Below, one piece after another: positions 1 through 13,560 of a stretch of 64,000 nt of DNA. Origin of the DNA: Eledone cirrhosa (lineage: Eukaryota); assembly GCA_964016885.1 (NCBI GenBank), contig OZ024757.1, positions 40,362,001-40,426,000 on the forward strand, read 5' to 3'. Under the pieces are notes generated by a model. It was given only the letters and a program-made list of their open reading frames with translations. It searched no databases and had not been told where the DNA came from. Made by a program: the position numbers and the translations under genes. The first letter of the stretch is position 1, and each line of letters begins with the position of its first letter.

Positions 1-163
1 CCACGTCGGCCATAACGCACCAGAATACGCAATACTTACGATAGAAGAGTGGGTAATAGGAAAAGAGTCAGGACCCCCACGGCTGAGCTCCGGCCGTTTC
101 GACAGCTAGTTCGGATCTAGCTGTCAAAATGACCGAAGCTCAGACGTCGGGGTCCTGACTCTT
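1..163 (+). repeat. Dispersed repeat ending in a ~100-bp GC-rich hairpin (63-163); 5' part runs off the window
   Basis: aagagtcaggacccc...gacagctag ttcgga tctagctgtc...ggggtcctgactctt is self-complementary. The flank matches 5205-5336 and the reverse complement of 40536-40725. Confidence 0.8.
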
Positions 164-208
164 CAGAGAGAGAGAGAGAGAGAGAGGCTAACTAATAATC
201 GAAGCTTC

Positions 209-398
209 GCGGTGGATTGGCAGTATCGGTAGAGGGTCGGACGCCATGCTTTGACGTATAGAGTTACGGCCCTTGCCATTCTGGGTTCAAATCCCGCCGA
301 GGTTAACTTTGCCTTTCATCCTTACGGGGTCGATAAAATAAAGTACTAGTAATGTACTGGGTAATTGCTGGCCTTGTGCCAAAAGTAGAAACAATTAT
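209..398 (+). mobile_element. tRNA-derived SINE, family 1 (near full length)
   Basis: A-box-like tggcagtatcggtagag, B-box-like ggttcaaatccc, core gccgaggttaactttgcctttcatccttacggggtcgataaaataaagtac, tail ggccttgtgccaaaagtagaaac. More than 10 copies in the window. Confidence 0.85.
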
Positions 399-1215
399 GT
401 TGACTAGGTAATATAGTTTAATAATGGAGCGTTGAAAGCGTATGAACAGGAAAAAAAAAAATACATGTGAATGTATGTTATTGTTCTCGTGATATGTAAT
501 GGATGAACGCCATCTAATCCTATTTTAATGCATTGGAATCTTTTTATCGAGGAAAATCAGTAGTAACAAGTTTCTATTGTAGGAATAATTTATTTCTTGT
601 CAAAGTATCTCTTATAAGGATGCAGCTGTAAGAGGATCTTTGAAGAGAAATTGCGGCGGGCGCTTGCTATATAACCAGATTGTCATAAGATATAAATACA
701 TTTAGAATATTCAAAGAGTAATGGTAAGGAAATAAATGAATGGATATTATACTGAAACCAGATTTTCATTTCAATCAGCTCAAAATGACAGAGAATTGTG
801 TTAGGAATCCCCGTGGCACTCACAATGATGAAACAATTCATCAAGTATCGTCTACAGTATTGAAAAGAAAACAATTGCATAGAAGGAAAGGAATAAATAC
901 GAGAGAGGGGGGTATAGATAAGGGGTACAAAGAGGGGGAGAGGGTATAGATAAGGGGGACAGAGAGAGGGGGAGAGTATAGATAAGAGGGACATAGAGGG
1001 GGGTGAGTATCAATGAGAGAGAGAGAGAGAGCGTATGTGTAGATAAGAGAGAAAGATATTGGAGACGAAAAATGTGAGATTTTGTGTGAGAGTGGGAGAG
1101 AGTGTGATATCTGTACATAAAAGTATATGAGAGATGTGTGTGTGTGTGTGTGTGGAGATAAATCTATGTGAGTGTGTATGTATAAGTACGTGTGTGTGTA
1201 TGTATCTCTCTCTCA

Positions 1216-1246
<31 letters not shown>

Positions 1247-1858
1247 TGAGTGAAAGAGATGGGAAGAGAGAGGTGGGAAGAGAGAGAGAAGAGAAAGTAA
1301 AAGCAATGGATATATATATATATATATATAACAGTCGACAGATTATGATTATTTACAGTATAATGAAGAGGAGAGGGAGGTAGAGGAGGTGTATATGATA
1401 TAGATTTGGTGGATTGGAAATAGAGGCGTTGTAGAGAAGGAGGAGGTTAGAAGAAGGGGAGGAGGTTACAGAAGGGAAAGAGAAGTGTGAGAATGGAAAA
1501 ATAGAAAGGAGGGTAAGAAAACGAAAGGAGGGAGGGTGAGAGAGAGAGAGAGAGAGTCAGGATGAGATAGTAGAAAGAGAAGCAGAGACAGAGAGAGAAA
1601 GAGAGAGAGAGTCAGGATGAGAGAGAGAGAGGATGAGATATAGAGAGAGAGAGGATGAGATATAGAGAGAGAGAGGATGAGATATAGAGAGATAGAGGAT
1701 GAGATATAGAGAGAGAGAGGATGATATATATAGAGAGAGAATGAGATAGAGAGAGAGAGAGATGAGATAGAGAGAGAGATAGAGAGAGAGAAAGGATGAG
1801 ATAGATAGAGAGAGAGAGAGAGAGGATGAGATAGAGAGAGAGATGATGAGATAGAGAA

Positions 1859-1894
<36 letters not shown>

Positions 1895-2235
1895 CGAGAT
1901 AGAAGCAGAGAGAGAAAGAGCTAGAGGAGAGAGAGAAGGATAATACAAGAGAAAGTATACAGAGTAAGAGGAGAGAAAGAAGGATAATACAAGAGAAAGT
2001 ATAGAGAGTAAGAGGAGAGAAATGAAAAGATATGGAGACGACAATGTTTTGAAGAGTGAAGTGTGTAATCGGTGAAAATTGAAGAAAATATGACGGAAGC
2101 TGAAAAGGGGAAGAAATGAATGAATAAACGAATGATTGATTCCAAGTGTGAAAGAGATGAAGAGGATGGATACTTAAAGATTGGGAAAGATAGCGAAGAA
2201 GTATGGGAAAAGATGTGATATTAATAATGGGTTCT

Positions 2236-2408
2236 AGGGCGGTGGATTGGTAGTATCGGTAGAGGGTCGGACGCCGTGCTTTGCAGCAAAGAGTTACGGC
2301 CCTTTATGGGCTGAGTTCAAATCCCGCCGAGGTTAACTTTGCGTTTTATCCTTACGGGATCGATAAAATCAAGTACCAGTAAGACATTGGGATAATTGCT
2401 GGCCTTAC
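2236..2408 (+). mobile_element. SINE family 1 copy
   Basis: Colinear with 209-398. Confidence 0.8.
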
Positions 2409-2467
2409 GACCCCGTAAGGAGGAAAGGCAAAGCTAACTTCGGTTGGATAATAATGATAATAAAAAT

Positions 2468-2647
2468 AATTGTTTCTATATTATGCACAAGGCCAGCAAT
2501 TATCCAGTACACTACTGGTACTTTATTTTATCGACCCCGTAAGGATGAAAGGCAAAGTTAACCTCAGCAGGATTTGAACTCAGATCGTAAAGGGACGTAA
2601 CTATGCTGGAAAGCATGGCGCCCGACCCTCTACCGATACTGCCAATT
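2468..2647 (-). mobile_element. SINE family 1 copy (inverted; further fragments to ~2968)
   Basis: ctggtactttattttatcgaccccgtaaggatgaaaggcaaagttaacctc is the reverse complement of the core. Confidence 0.8.
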
Positions 2648-3930
2648 CTCGACAAGAAATGAGTCAAAACAGTAGGGAAAGGAAAAACACAAACAATAAC
2701 AATAATGATTTCTACTTTAGGCAAAAGACCAGCAATTTAAGGGAGGGAAAAGTCGATTGAATCGACCCCAGTACGTGACTGGTACTACTGATTCTACTGT
2801 CAAACCACCGCCCTAAAAATTGTGAGAAAATTTGGTGCACAAGAACAGTAATTTATAGAGAAGGGAAAATGATGAGAAGTCGATTTAACGACCCCAGTAC
2901 TTGACTGCTATTTTATTTTATCGGCCCAGAAAGGATGAAATTCAAAGTTGACCTTGGTGGGATTTGAACATGGAATTCACAGCAAAGCTGTACATTAACC
3001 CCGCAGGGCCTTTTATTCAACGCTTTAATAACTCTATCAGTCGACCACCCTCTGGAATGAAGTGGTTAACATTGCGGAACTAAACCAATTCTAAACCATT
3101 TATCTGCCCGCCCAAAATCAATTTTAGGCCTAGAGCAAGCAGATAGTAGTTTCACCAATATTACATCCTGTCTCATTCCATCAAAAACTTTACGACAGAC
3201 TTTCATTTAAAACAACCGTTCTCAATATCAAAATTATATTTTAGAAAATTGGAGAATTTACAGCTCTGTTCACTTCTGGACATTTTAAAATCAATCCTCG
3301 ACCTCCCCATAACTTCGATACTACGCGGGAGAGGAGGGCAACTCTATGGAGAATTGATTACATTAGAAATACAGAAGAATTCATTCGGGAAGGAGCAAAT
3401 ATATTAATACTCATCCCACATATTTTGTTCTGCGGTTTATTTTATTTAATACAAAAAAGACTAGTTGAAAAAAAATATCAACAAAGTTCTGTAGCTTCCT
3501 TGAAGCATTGTTGAACAGAAGACACAAATTTAAATATTTTGGAAAACCAAACAATGCGTTATGAAGAACATTAAATCGCCAAGATAACAAAAGAATCGTA
3601 CCTCAGCAAATTTAATGTTGAATTAAATAAAAGGAATAACATACGGTTGTTTTCCTTCTCCATTCTTTAAACGTAAATCCAGCTGAATAATATATTACAG
3701 CTTAGTACTCCATATTGTGTAGTATAAAATCCCTTCCATTTAGAATATTGGCACCTGACTGTCTATACAAAACAACGCCTCAGACTGAAATCTGTCTCGT
3801 GGAAGATCGGAATAGTCCAGTTTGGGGGATCAGTTCATTTAACGAATAAATGAATAAATAATTCAATCTTTCTATTGTTTTATTTTCTCAGGTTATTATT
3901 GTCCCTATCTCTTCTGGTGTGGCGTGAGTC

Positions 3931-3993
<63 letters not shown>

Positions 3994-4695
3994 AATATTA
4001 TATACCAATCATATGGTGGGGAGTTCGATATCAATCAATACCTCTGTCTACGAACAATTAACTGAGTATTTCACAGCTATATAGATATTGATTTTCTGAG
4101 GTGGACCTTACGTTGATAGAACGACTGAAAGACATATCGTGGGGAGAGAAGGTCGCTGTAATAATACACAGAGTCTTAGGGGTGCTTTGTTTTTAATTTT
4201 TAACCTGGTTGAATACATTTCTTCTCCAGATTTGAATACAGATAAATGTATTTAAAAAGTAAGGAAAGAGAGTGATAGAGAGAAAGTAAGAAAGAGATAC
4301 AGGGGAAAAATCGACACCAGTACTAGTCTGGTATATATATTTTTAATTTATCGACATCGAAAGGATGAAATGCTATCTAAACCTCGACAATTTTTGAACT
4401 CAGAAGAGCAGAGAACCAAGAACGATTACCTCAAAGACTTCTATCTTATATTCTAACGTCTCATAGGCATAATGATACAAGAGGTAAAAAAAACGAGGAA
4501 GACTTTTCAAGCGATGTTATCTCTGCTGTATGTTCTCACATAAGCTTTTCTAATTTAATGTAACGTTGTACACAGATTAGATTAAATGTTTACACACAAA
4601 CTAACATGAAGTATATAATCCTGTTATATAAACGTGTGAATTTTTATTGTATAAGAATATCATTTCTAGATCGATAAAACTGTATACGAAATCAA

Positions 4696-4768
<73 letters not shown>

Positions 4769-4781
4769 AATATATATATAT

Positions 4782-5109
4782 ATATTAATTCAAAATATTA
4801 ACAAAAATAGACATTCATGTGATCAAGTATATTTTATTATACATATTTCAGAGGTACTGAGCTAACTTCAACAGTAGGTCCTCATCCGATAAAATTAGAT
4901 GATGCATGACATACCCTGACATAGTAGATGGTTAAGATTCATTCATGACTGAATCTTAACCATCTACTATGCCACGGTATGTCATGCATCAACTTATTTT
5001 ATCTGATGAGGACGGTCTGTTGAAGTTAACTCAGTACCTTTGAAATATGTATAATAAAATATACTTGATCACATGAATGTCTATTTATGTTAATATTTTG
5101 AATTAATAT
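4782..5109. repeat. ~328-bp imperfect palindrome (fold-back) adjoining (TA)n and containing a hammerhead motif in each arm
   Basis: Arms are symmetric about tcatga at 4943-4948; atattaattcaaaatattaac pairs with gttaatattttgaattaatat. Confidence 0.9.
4996..5060 (+). ncRNA. Type I hammerhead ribozyme motif (family A)
   Basis: attttat-CTGATGA-[ggacggtctg...cagtaccttt]-GAAA-tatgta-TA-ataaaat; 7-bp stem I. The mirror copy at 4831-4895 (-) has a mutated core, CGGATGA. Confidence 0.75.
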
Positions 5110-5204
5110 TAATAACTCCGGAAAACCAAACTGGTGAGTGCTTCCAATCGATTGTAAAATTCATTATTTGATTTATTCATTGAACCCTGTTTAACCTTTA
5201 AATA

Positions 5205-5331
5205 GGAAATGTGGTAAGGAACCAGGTGGACCATAACGCAACAAAGTACTCAATACTTAGGGTAGTAGAGTGGGTAATAGGAACGAGTAGGACCCCGACG
5301 GCTTGAGCTCAGCCGTCGAGTCCTACTCGTT

Positions 5332-5336
<5 letters not shown>
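5205..5336 (+). repeat. Hairpin-terminated repeat with a shortened hairpin (5277-5336), abutting (TA)n
   Basis: ataggaacgagtaggac...gagctc...gtcctactcgttcctat; flank homologous to 1-60. Confidence 0.75.
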
Positions 5337-5414
<78 letters not shown>

Positions 5415-5830
5415 CGTGTTAGTGGGGTTTAGTGTGTGTGAGTGTGAGGCTGTGTGTGTGTGTGTCAGTGTGTGGGTTTGTGCGTCTGTGTGCATCTATG
5501 CATGTAGGTATCTATGAGTGGGTATATGTATGAACGTGTCTCCTAACACGTTGGATAATATAGAAAAAAATCTGCTGCTGGAGAAGCTGCCGTTCAAACG
5601 TGGGAAATGCATTTTTTGTTAGGCATATGTATAACGTAAATGGTGATGCAGACTGCGAGTCCCAGAAACCTATCGAATATTTTTATTGATTTCTATCAAA
5701 TTCTATTTACTCGAGACAGTTTACTTTAGTCTTCGACCGTTTTACATTTGTACTAGTTGAGGTATAAGTATGGCCATATGCATTTGGTCACCCTTTTTGG
5801 TGTCACACTTTCTTAACATTTATATATATG

Positions 5831-5916
<86 letters not shown>

Positions 5917-5975
5917 TGTCTTCTGTTATTAATTCTGGCAATATTACACAAATATGACCCTCCCCAAGTATAACA

Positions 5976-6062
<87 letters not shown>

Positions 6063-6227
6063 ATATATGGAGTAAGAAACAGTAAATCGTGTGTCTAATA
6101 TTACGAGGGTTGAAGAACCATATTTGTTTGAAATATTTAACCATGAAGCAGACAGGGTTTCAGTATGAGTCAACTCTAACTTTCATTTATATATATATAT
6201 TTATGAATATATATATATATATATTTA

Positions 6228-6292
<65 letters not shown>

Positions 6293-6341
6293 GAATATAT
6301 ATATATATATATTTATGAATATATATATATATATATATTTA

Positions 6342-6411
<70 letters not shown>

Positions 6412-6557
6412 TATATATATATATATATATATATGAATATAGACATAGAATATTCGAAAATATTCTGTATGTTTATAATAAACATTTTGAAGACCTAATC
6501 GCTATAGAATAGAATACGTCACGTATTACAATTAGATTCTCGATAAAAGCAAGGGAA

Positions 6558-6600
6558 GTAATCTACGCGTTTCATTCTTATTAGAAATCATCAGGACTAC
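6558..6600 (-). ncRNA. Minimal type I hammerhead ribozyme (mirror copy)
   Basis: Reverse complement of 6996-7038. Confidence 0.85.
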
Positions 6601-6995
6601 ATATCCAGTGCTTTTATCGAGAATGACACAGCTAGAGACTTATAGAATACTTAGCTGTGTACAGGAACTGGTTTGAAAGAGCGGTTGCCGGTCCGGCAGA
6701 AATTAGAAATTGGAATAAATGCTCTGAAATAGCGATATATATGTGAATATAGACATAGAATATTCGAAAATATTCTGTATGTTTATAATAAACATTCAAA
6801 ATGTTTATTATAAACATACAGAATATTTTCGAATATTCTATGTCTATATTCACATATATATCGCTATTTCAGAGCATTTATTCCAATTTCTAATTTCTGC
6901 CGGACCGGCAACCGCTCTTTCAAACCAGTTCCTGTACACAGCTAAGTATTCTATAAGTCTCTAGCTGTGTCATTCTCGATAAAAGCACTGGATAT

Positions 6996-7038
6996 GTAGT
7001 CCTGATGATTTCTAATAAGAATGAAACGCGTAGATTAC
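6996..7038 (+). ncRNA. Minimal type I hammerhead ribozyme
   Basis: gtagtc-CTGATGA-t ttct aata agaa t-GAAA-cgcg-TA-gattac; palindromic ACGCGT stem III; predicted cleavage after A7032. Confidence 0.88.
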
Positions 7039-7681
7039 TTCCCTTGCTTTTATCGAGAATCTAATTGTAATACGTGACGTATTCTATTCTATAGCGATTA
7101 GGTCTTCAAAATGTTTATTATAAACATACAGAATATTTTCGAATATTCTATGTCTATATTCACATATATATCGCTATTTCAGAGCATTTATATATATATA
7201 TATTTATATATATATATAGAGAGAGAGAGAAAGTGAAGGAGGGAGAGAGAGAGGGAGAGAGAGAGAGAGAGAAAGAGATTTATGAATGCATGTATGTATG
7301 TATGTATACATACATACATACACATATATAATCAGATCTGCTACACATCATAAAACTTATAATCAATAAAAGTCAACGATATAGAGAAAAAAAGATTGTT
7401 GTCATCTTCCAATTTTCCTGTATTTCGTTATTGGAAATTATAATTTCTTCTATTTCATTGAAAAATACAATCAAAATAATAAAGAAGCGCGGGGAAGGGG
7501 GGGGGGGGGGGGCTGGATGAGAGGGAGGTTTAGAAATTAAAGAAATCTTCGTTTATATTGAAGGAGCTGTTATCTTAACCAATGAACGAGATATGGGAAA
7601 ACAGTTTGACATATTGAAGATTAAAAAACACACAAAAACTAATGTAAACATTCCGGTTTTATTACAAAAGAAATGTATTGT

Positions 7682-7715
<34 letters not shown>

Positions 7716-7717
<2 letters not shown>

Positions 7718-7984
7718 GTTTCTGAATTTGTTTTGCAAGATTCTTTATCTGAAAACGAGTGTTGAAACCGATATTGTTATACTTTGGGAGGGTCATGTTG
7801 CCAATAAGAAACACACGCACCAGCTGCATTTACTTCAATTGATTATAATAAATTTATAAATTTAGGAATTTATAAATTTCCAGTTGGTTGGTTCCACAAC
7901 CAGATGGTTGTTTATATATTGTCAAAGTTCTTTCGTCACACATTATGTTACCTCTTCTGTGACTGGGGATTCTTTTCTTTGTTT

Positions 7985-7988
<4 letters not shown>
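7716..7988 (+). repeat. Dispersed repeat inserted in (TA)n ('tgttatactttgggagggtcat' family)
   Basis: Colinear with 37586-37917; shorter relatives at 14468-14590, 5912-5978 (-), 55948-56035 and 56115-56203 (-). Confidence 0.8.
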
Positions 7989-8050
<62 letters not shown>

Positions 8051-8103
8051 GTATATATATATATATATATATATATACGTATATTTATATATATATATGT
8101 ACG

Positions 8104-8130
<27 letters not shown>

Positions 8131-8134
<4 letters not shown>

Positions 8135-8775
8135 TCATCATCATTTTACGTCCGCTTTTCCCTGCTTGCAAGGGTGGGACGGGTCTTATTCAGCACAGCA
8201 TCTCTCCACTCGTCACGGTCCCTCGTCATCTCCACCGTGAGCTTCATTGATCTGAGGTCTGTTCTCACCACCTCCGCCCATGTTTTTCGTGGTCTACCTC
8301 TACCACGTCTTCCTTCAACTGGCATTTCCTGGCACTTCTTCACCCATCGGTCATCCTCCATGTGCATCACATGTCCATACCACCTCAGTCTCCTCTCCCG
8401 TACACTACATTCTATCCCTCTCAGACACAGTTTCTCTCTCAACACATTTATGCTGGGTCGTTCACGCACATTTACACTGCACATCCAACGGAGCATGCTT
8501 GCCTCATTTCTCTCCAGCCGTCCCATATCCTCTGCGGTTGCTGCCCATGTCTCACTACCATGCAGCATCGCGATCCTCACACAGGCATCATACAACCGGC
8601 CTTTCGTACGCAGGGAGAAACCCTTCTTCGTCAACAGAGGAAGCAGCTCCCTAAACTTCTTCCAACCCGTCCTTATTCTAGATACTATGGCCTCAGAACA
8701 CCCTCCTCCCATGCTAATCTGATCTCCTAGGTACCGGAAGCTATCCACCACTTCTATAGCGCCCTCTCGCATTTG
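8131..8775 (-). mobile_element. 5'-truncated RTE-clade LINE; open ORF for the C-terminal RT region, with a (TGA)n tail
   Basis: ORF 8146-8772: VDSFRYLGD...[16 protein letters not shown]...MLHGSETW...RLRWYGHV...[12 protein letters not shown]. The 3' tail is taaaatgatgatgatga, and both flanks are (TA)n. Confidence 0.92.
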
Positions 8776-8824
8776 AAAATATATATATATATATATATAT
8801 ATGTACGTATATATATATGTGTAC

Positions 8825-8880
<56 letters not shown>

Positions 8881-9000
8881 GTACGTATATATATATATAT
8901 AAATATATATATATATGTATGTATATATATATATATATATGTACGTGTATATATATATATATATATTTATATGTACGTATATATGTATATGTGTGTGTAC

Positions 9001-9051
<51 letters not shown>

Positions 9052-9218
9052 TATATATATAAATATAACAAAATAATAATAATAATGATAACAACAACAA
9101 CAACAACAAAGACAACAACTGTTATAATAATATTGAGAGCATTCGTTTGTGTTATATATTAAAACAAGCAGATGTTTGAAAAACTGTTGAAATAAATGGA
9201 AGATTGAATGCGGAAACA

Positions 9219-9406
9219 TGATGGTGATGGTGATGGTGATGATGGTGATGATGGTGATGATGGTGGTGGTGGTGTTGGTGGTGGTGGTATTGATGGTAGT
9301 GATGACTGTGGTGATGATGATGGTGGTGATGATGATGGTGATGATGATGGTGATAATGGTGGTGACGGTGATGGTGGTAATGATATGGTGGTAATGTTGG
9401 TGATGT

Positions 9407-9437
<31 letters not shown>

Positions 9438-9680
9438 GATGATGATGGTGAGGATGATGATGATGATGGTAATGGTGATGATGATGATGATGATGGTGGT
9501 GCTGTTGATGGTGGTGAGGAAGAGGAGAGCGTGGGCGTGAAGGAGGAGTTTGGGGGAAGAGGTGGATGATGATGATGATCATGATGATGATGAGGGGGAA
9601 GGAGGTGGAGATGAAGTAGGAGGAGAAGGCTGAGGAGTTGGATGATGATGACGATGATGATGATGATGATGATGAAGAGG
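9219..9680. repeat. (GAT/GGT)n low-complexity tract
   Basis: Visible trinucleotide repeats. Confidence 0.9.
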
Positions 9681-10759
9681 AGGAGTGTGAGGAAGAAGAG
9701 AGCGGTGTTTAACACAGTCTCAGTTGTCTATGAAAGGGACAGCTGTTATTGCTCAGAGATTTAACATCTAAATATAGAAAAGTAGAAAAAGTAGAAAAAT
9801 AATATATAAATATATTCTTTAAACATCTTTACAGAAGAAATAGGAACGTCTTAGAAAGTTAGACGAGATTTGTTATTGAACCAAGTGAAAATAACCATGA
9901 TTGCGCCATCTTGTTTTGTAGAGAAAGTGGAGAGAAAATAAGACTTGTTTCCTTATGATTTGGTAAATGTATCATATATGGTCGTTTTCATCGTCGTTTT
10001 CATCGTCGTTTTCATCGTCGTTGTCATCGTCGTTGTCGTCATCATCGCATCCATTGTCATGATGAGAGACAATATTGTTTTATTGTTGTTGTTATTGTTG
10101 TGGTTCTTGTTCTACATAATACTGGGAGACGGTGATGTAGAGAGAGAGAGAGAGAGAGAGAGCGCCAGAGAGATATAGAGGGAGATAGAGAGAGAGAGAT
10201 GAGAGAGGGATAGATAGATATAGAGATATAGAGATAGATAGAGTGATAACTCGATATAGAGATAGATAGATAGAGAGATAGATAGATAAAGAAATAGATC
10301 GATCGATAGATAGATATATAGAGAGAGAGAGAGATAGACAGATAGACAGATAGATATATATAGAGATAGACAGATAGATATAGAGTTAGATAGATAGATA
10401 GATAGAGAGATAGACAGATAGATATAGAGATAGACAGATAGATAGATAGATAGATAGAGAGATAGAGAGATAGAGAGACAGGCAGATACAGACATATGGA
10501 CAGACAGAGAGATAGATATATGTTTGAAAGAAAGCTGAAAACCAAGGAAGTGACTAAAGCAGCTAAAAGTCTGTTACTGAATCTTTCTAAATTCTACCAA
10601 AATATGTATTGACTGAAGAAGGAAAGAAAGCACAAATTGTGTAGCAGTCATACCTCTCTTATGTCAGCTGGTTATGATAAGATATTTTATCATCTTGGAG
10701 CTGGACATTAATATCCTCATTAGGCAATGATCTCAGGTAAAGACCAGTAAAGACCATCC

Positions 10760-11364
<605 letters not shown>

Positions 11365-11829
11365 AAATATGGTTACGTACATATGCATATCATACTTTAC
11401 ACGCACACATAGATGCACACAAACACATATATATATATACATACACATACACACATATACACACATATATACATAGACATATACATACATAAACACACAA
11501 ATGTACAAACAGATATATATATATGCACATATACACACATATATAGATATGCATACTTATTCACATATATATATATATACACATGCATCCATATGTACAT
11601 ATATATATATACACACATAGCTAAAAGGGAAACCATCAATGCATTTGATATGTTTATGCTCTGGCTGCGTGTTCGCTAGCAATCTCGTGGCAAGCCAGTC
11701 TTCTATTACATACATTATTCACGCGCATGAAGTTGACGTTTATCGAGTTAAACTCCCATCCCGGTAGGCGACAACCAACGAACAACTTTCACTACAGTGC
11801 AAACTATGTACAAGCCTTTCCACTCAAAG

Positions 11830-12805
11830 ACCACCACCACCTTCACTTCAAACATCACCACCACCACCACCATCACTTCAACCATCACCACCATCACCAC
11901 CACCACCACTACCATCACTTCAACCATCACCACCACCACCATCACTTCAACCATCACCACCACCACCATCACTTCAACCATCACCACCACCATCACTACA
12001 ACCATCACCACCACCACCACCATCAACACCACAACCACCACCGCCACCACCACCATCATTTCAACCACCACCACCACCACCATCACTTCAATCACCACCA
12101 CCACCATCGCTTCAACCACCATCACCATCATCATCAGCAACAATACCATCACCACAGCACAAACTATGTCCAAGCTTCTCCTATTACCAAGATCATCACC
12201 AACCCAGCTTCCAACACAGTCAAGCCTTACCGCCATCAATAGAACCACAGCCTTCTCGCCGCCATCTCACCACCACCAACCCACCACCACTTCAACGACC
12301 ACTACAACTAATATCATCAACAACGACACCATCACCACAGCTCCAACCATATCTAAACCTTCTCATTACCAAGACTACCATCAACCAAACTCCGACCACA
12401 ACCAAATCTTACCACTACCATCCCATCACAACTGGAACCACAACCTTTTCCTCACCATCCCACCACCACTATAACCTCAGCCTTCTCCCCATCCCACCAC
12501 CAACAACACCACCATCACCACAGCTCCAACCATGTCCGAACTTTCCCACTACCAAGACCAACACCAACCCAGCGCCCATGACCACAACCAAATCTTCCCA
12601 GCACCACTAGTATAACTACAATCGTCTCTCCACCAATAACACCACCACCACTCCTCCTCCTACACCACCACCACCTACTCCTCCATCCCCTCCTCCAACA
12701 CCACCACCACCACCACTACCACCTCCTCTATCCCCTCCTCCAACACCACCACCTCCGCCAACACCACCACCAACACCATCACCACCTCCGCCACCTCCTC
12801 CACTA
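11830..12805. repeat. (CAC/CAT)n-rich low-complexity tract
   Basis: Direct reading. Confidence 0.9.
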
Positions 12806-13560
12806 ATATGAGTCCATAATAGGAGACAGTTCCACAGACCTCTGACTTAATGTCGAAGAAATGAAGATAAAAGAAACGGTGATATAAAAGAGAAATAGAG
12901 AGAAAAGGAGATGGTGAGAGAGAGAGGGGGGAGAGAAAGGGAGAAGGTGATATAGAGTTAAAGAGAGAGGGAGAGAGAGAGAAAAAATGTGATACAGAGA
13001 GAGGGAGAGAGAGAATGTAGATAGATAGAGAGATAGCGATAGGTGAGATACGGAGAGATAGAAGGCAAGAGAGATAGAAATAGAGAGATAGAGATAGAAG
13101 GCGAGATAGAGAAAGAGAGAAGCGAGAGAGGGAAACTGAGAGAGAGATAGAGAGAAAGATAGGTAGAGAGAGAGAGAGTGTGTGAGAGAGAGAGTGAGAG
13201 GTCATCAAATTCAGAACTTTCCAGACAACTATGCGATTGATATCAATCTCTTTTAAGTTATATTATATAAAACTTTGATGGATGGCAGGGTACGCCTTTA
13301 GAATTTCAATGGCAATGTTGTTGTTGTTACAGTGCCTGTGTGTGTGTTGCAGTGCCTGTGTGTGTATATCAGCGTGTGTGGTTAGTCTATATATACGTGG
13401 TGAATCTGCATAACATATGACTCACATGCTGTTGTGATTAATTTATATGAAGGATATATTTTCAAGAGAGCCTAGATATTGTACTGAACAACAATACACC
13501 AGATCAACAATTGTTCTTCTTCTAGAAGTGGTACCGCAATGCATCTATGACCGAGATATG

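Larger units (their letters stand above)
6434..7191. mobile_element. Fold-back Penelope-like/retrozyme insertion in (TA)n: 363-bp arms (6434-6796 and 6800-7162), 310-nt unit with an 87-nt terminal direct repeat
   Basis: The arms read as exact reverse complements around a 3-nt loop (caa). 6795-6881 is repeated at 7105-7191. There is a hammerhead in each arm. Confidence 0.85.

Noticed and set aside
209-300. tRNA gene
   Set aside because: Only A/B-box-like SINE heads; no complete cloverleaf
6632-6964. Two near-identical 73-aa ORFs on opposite strands
   Set aside because: A by-product of the palindrome; no recognisable protein motif
7745-7775. ctgaaaacgagtgttgaaaccgata as a hammerhead
   Set aside because: Both copies lack the conserved G8 and show no stem I pairing
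7904-8730. Plus-strand ORFs of 272, 124 and 122 aa
   Set aside because: Antisense shadows of the RTE ORF
10610-10650. CTGAAGA...GAAA gcacaaattgtg TA
   Set aside because: No stem II, and stem I is out of register
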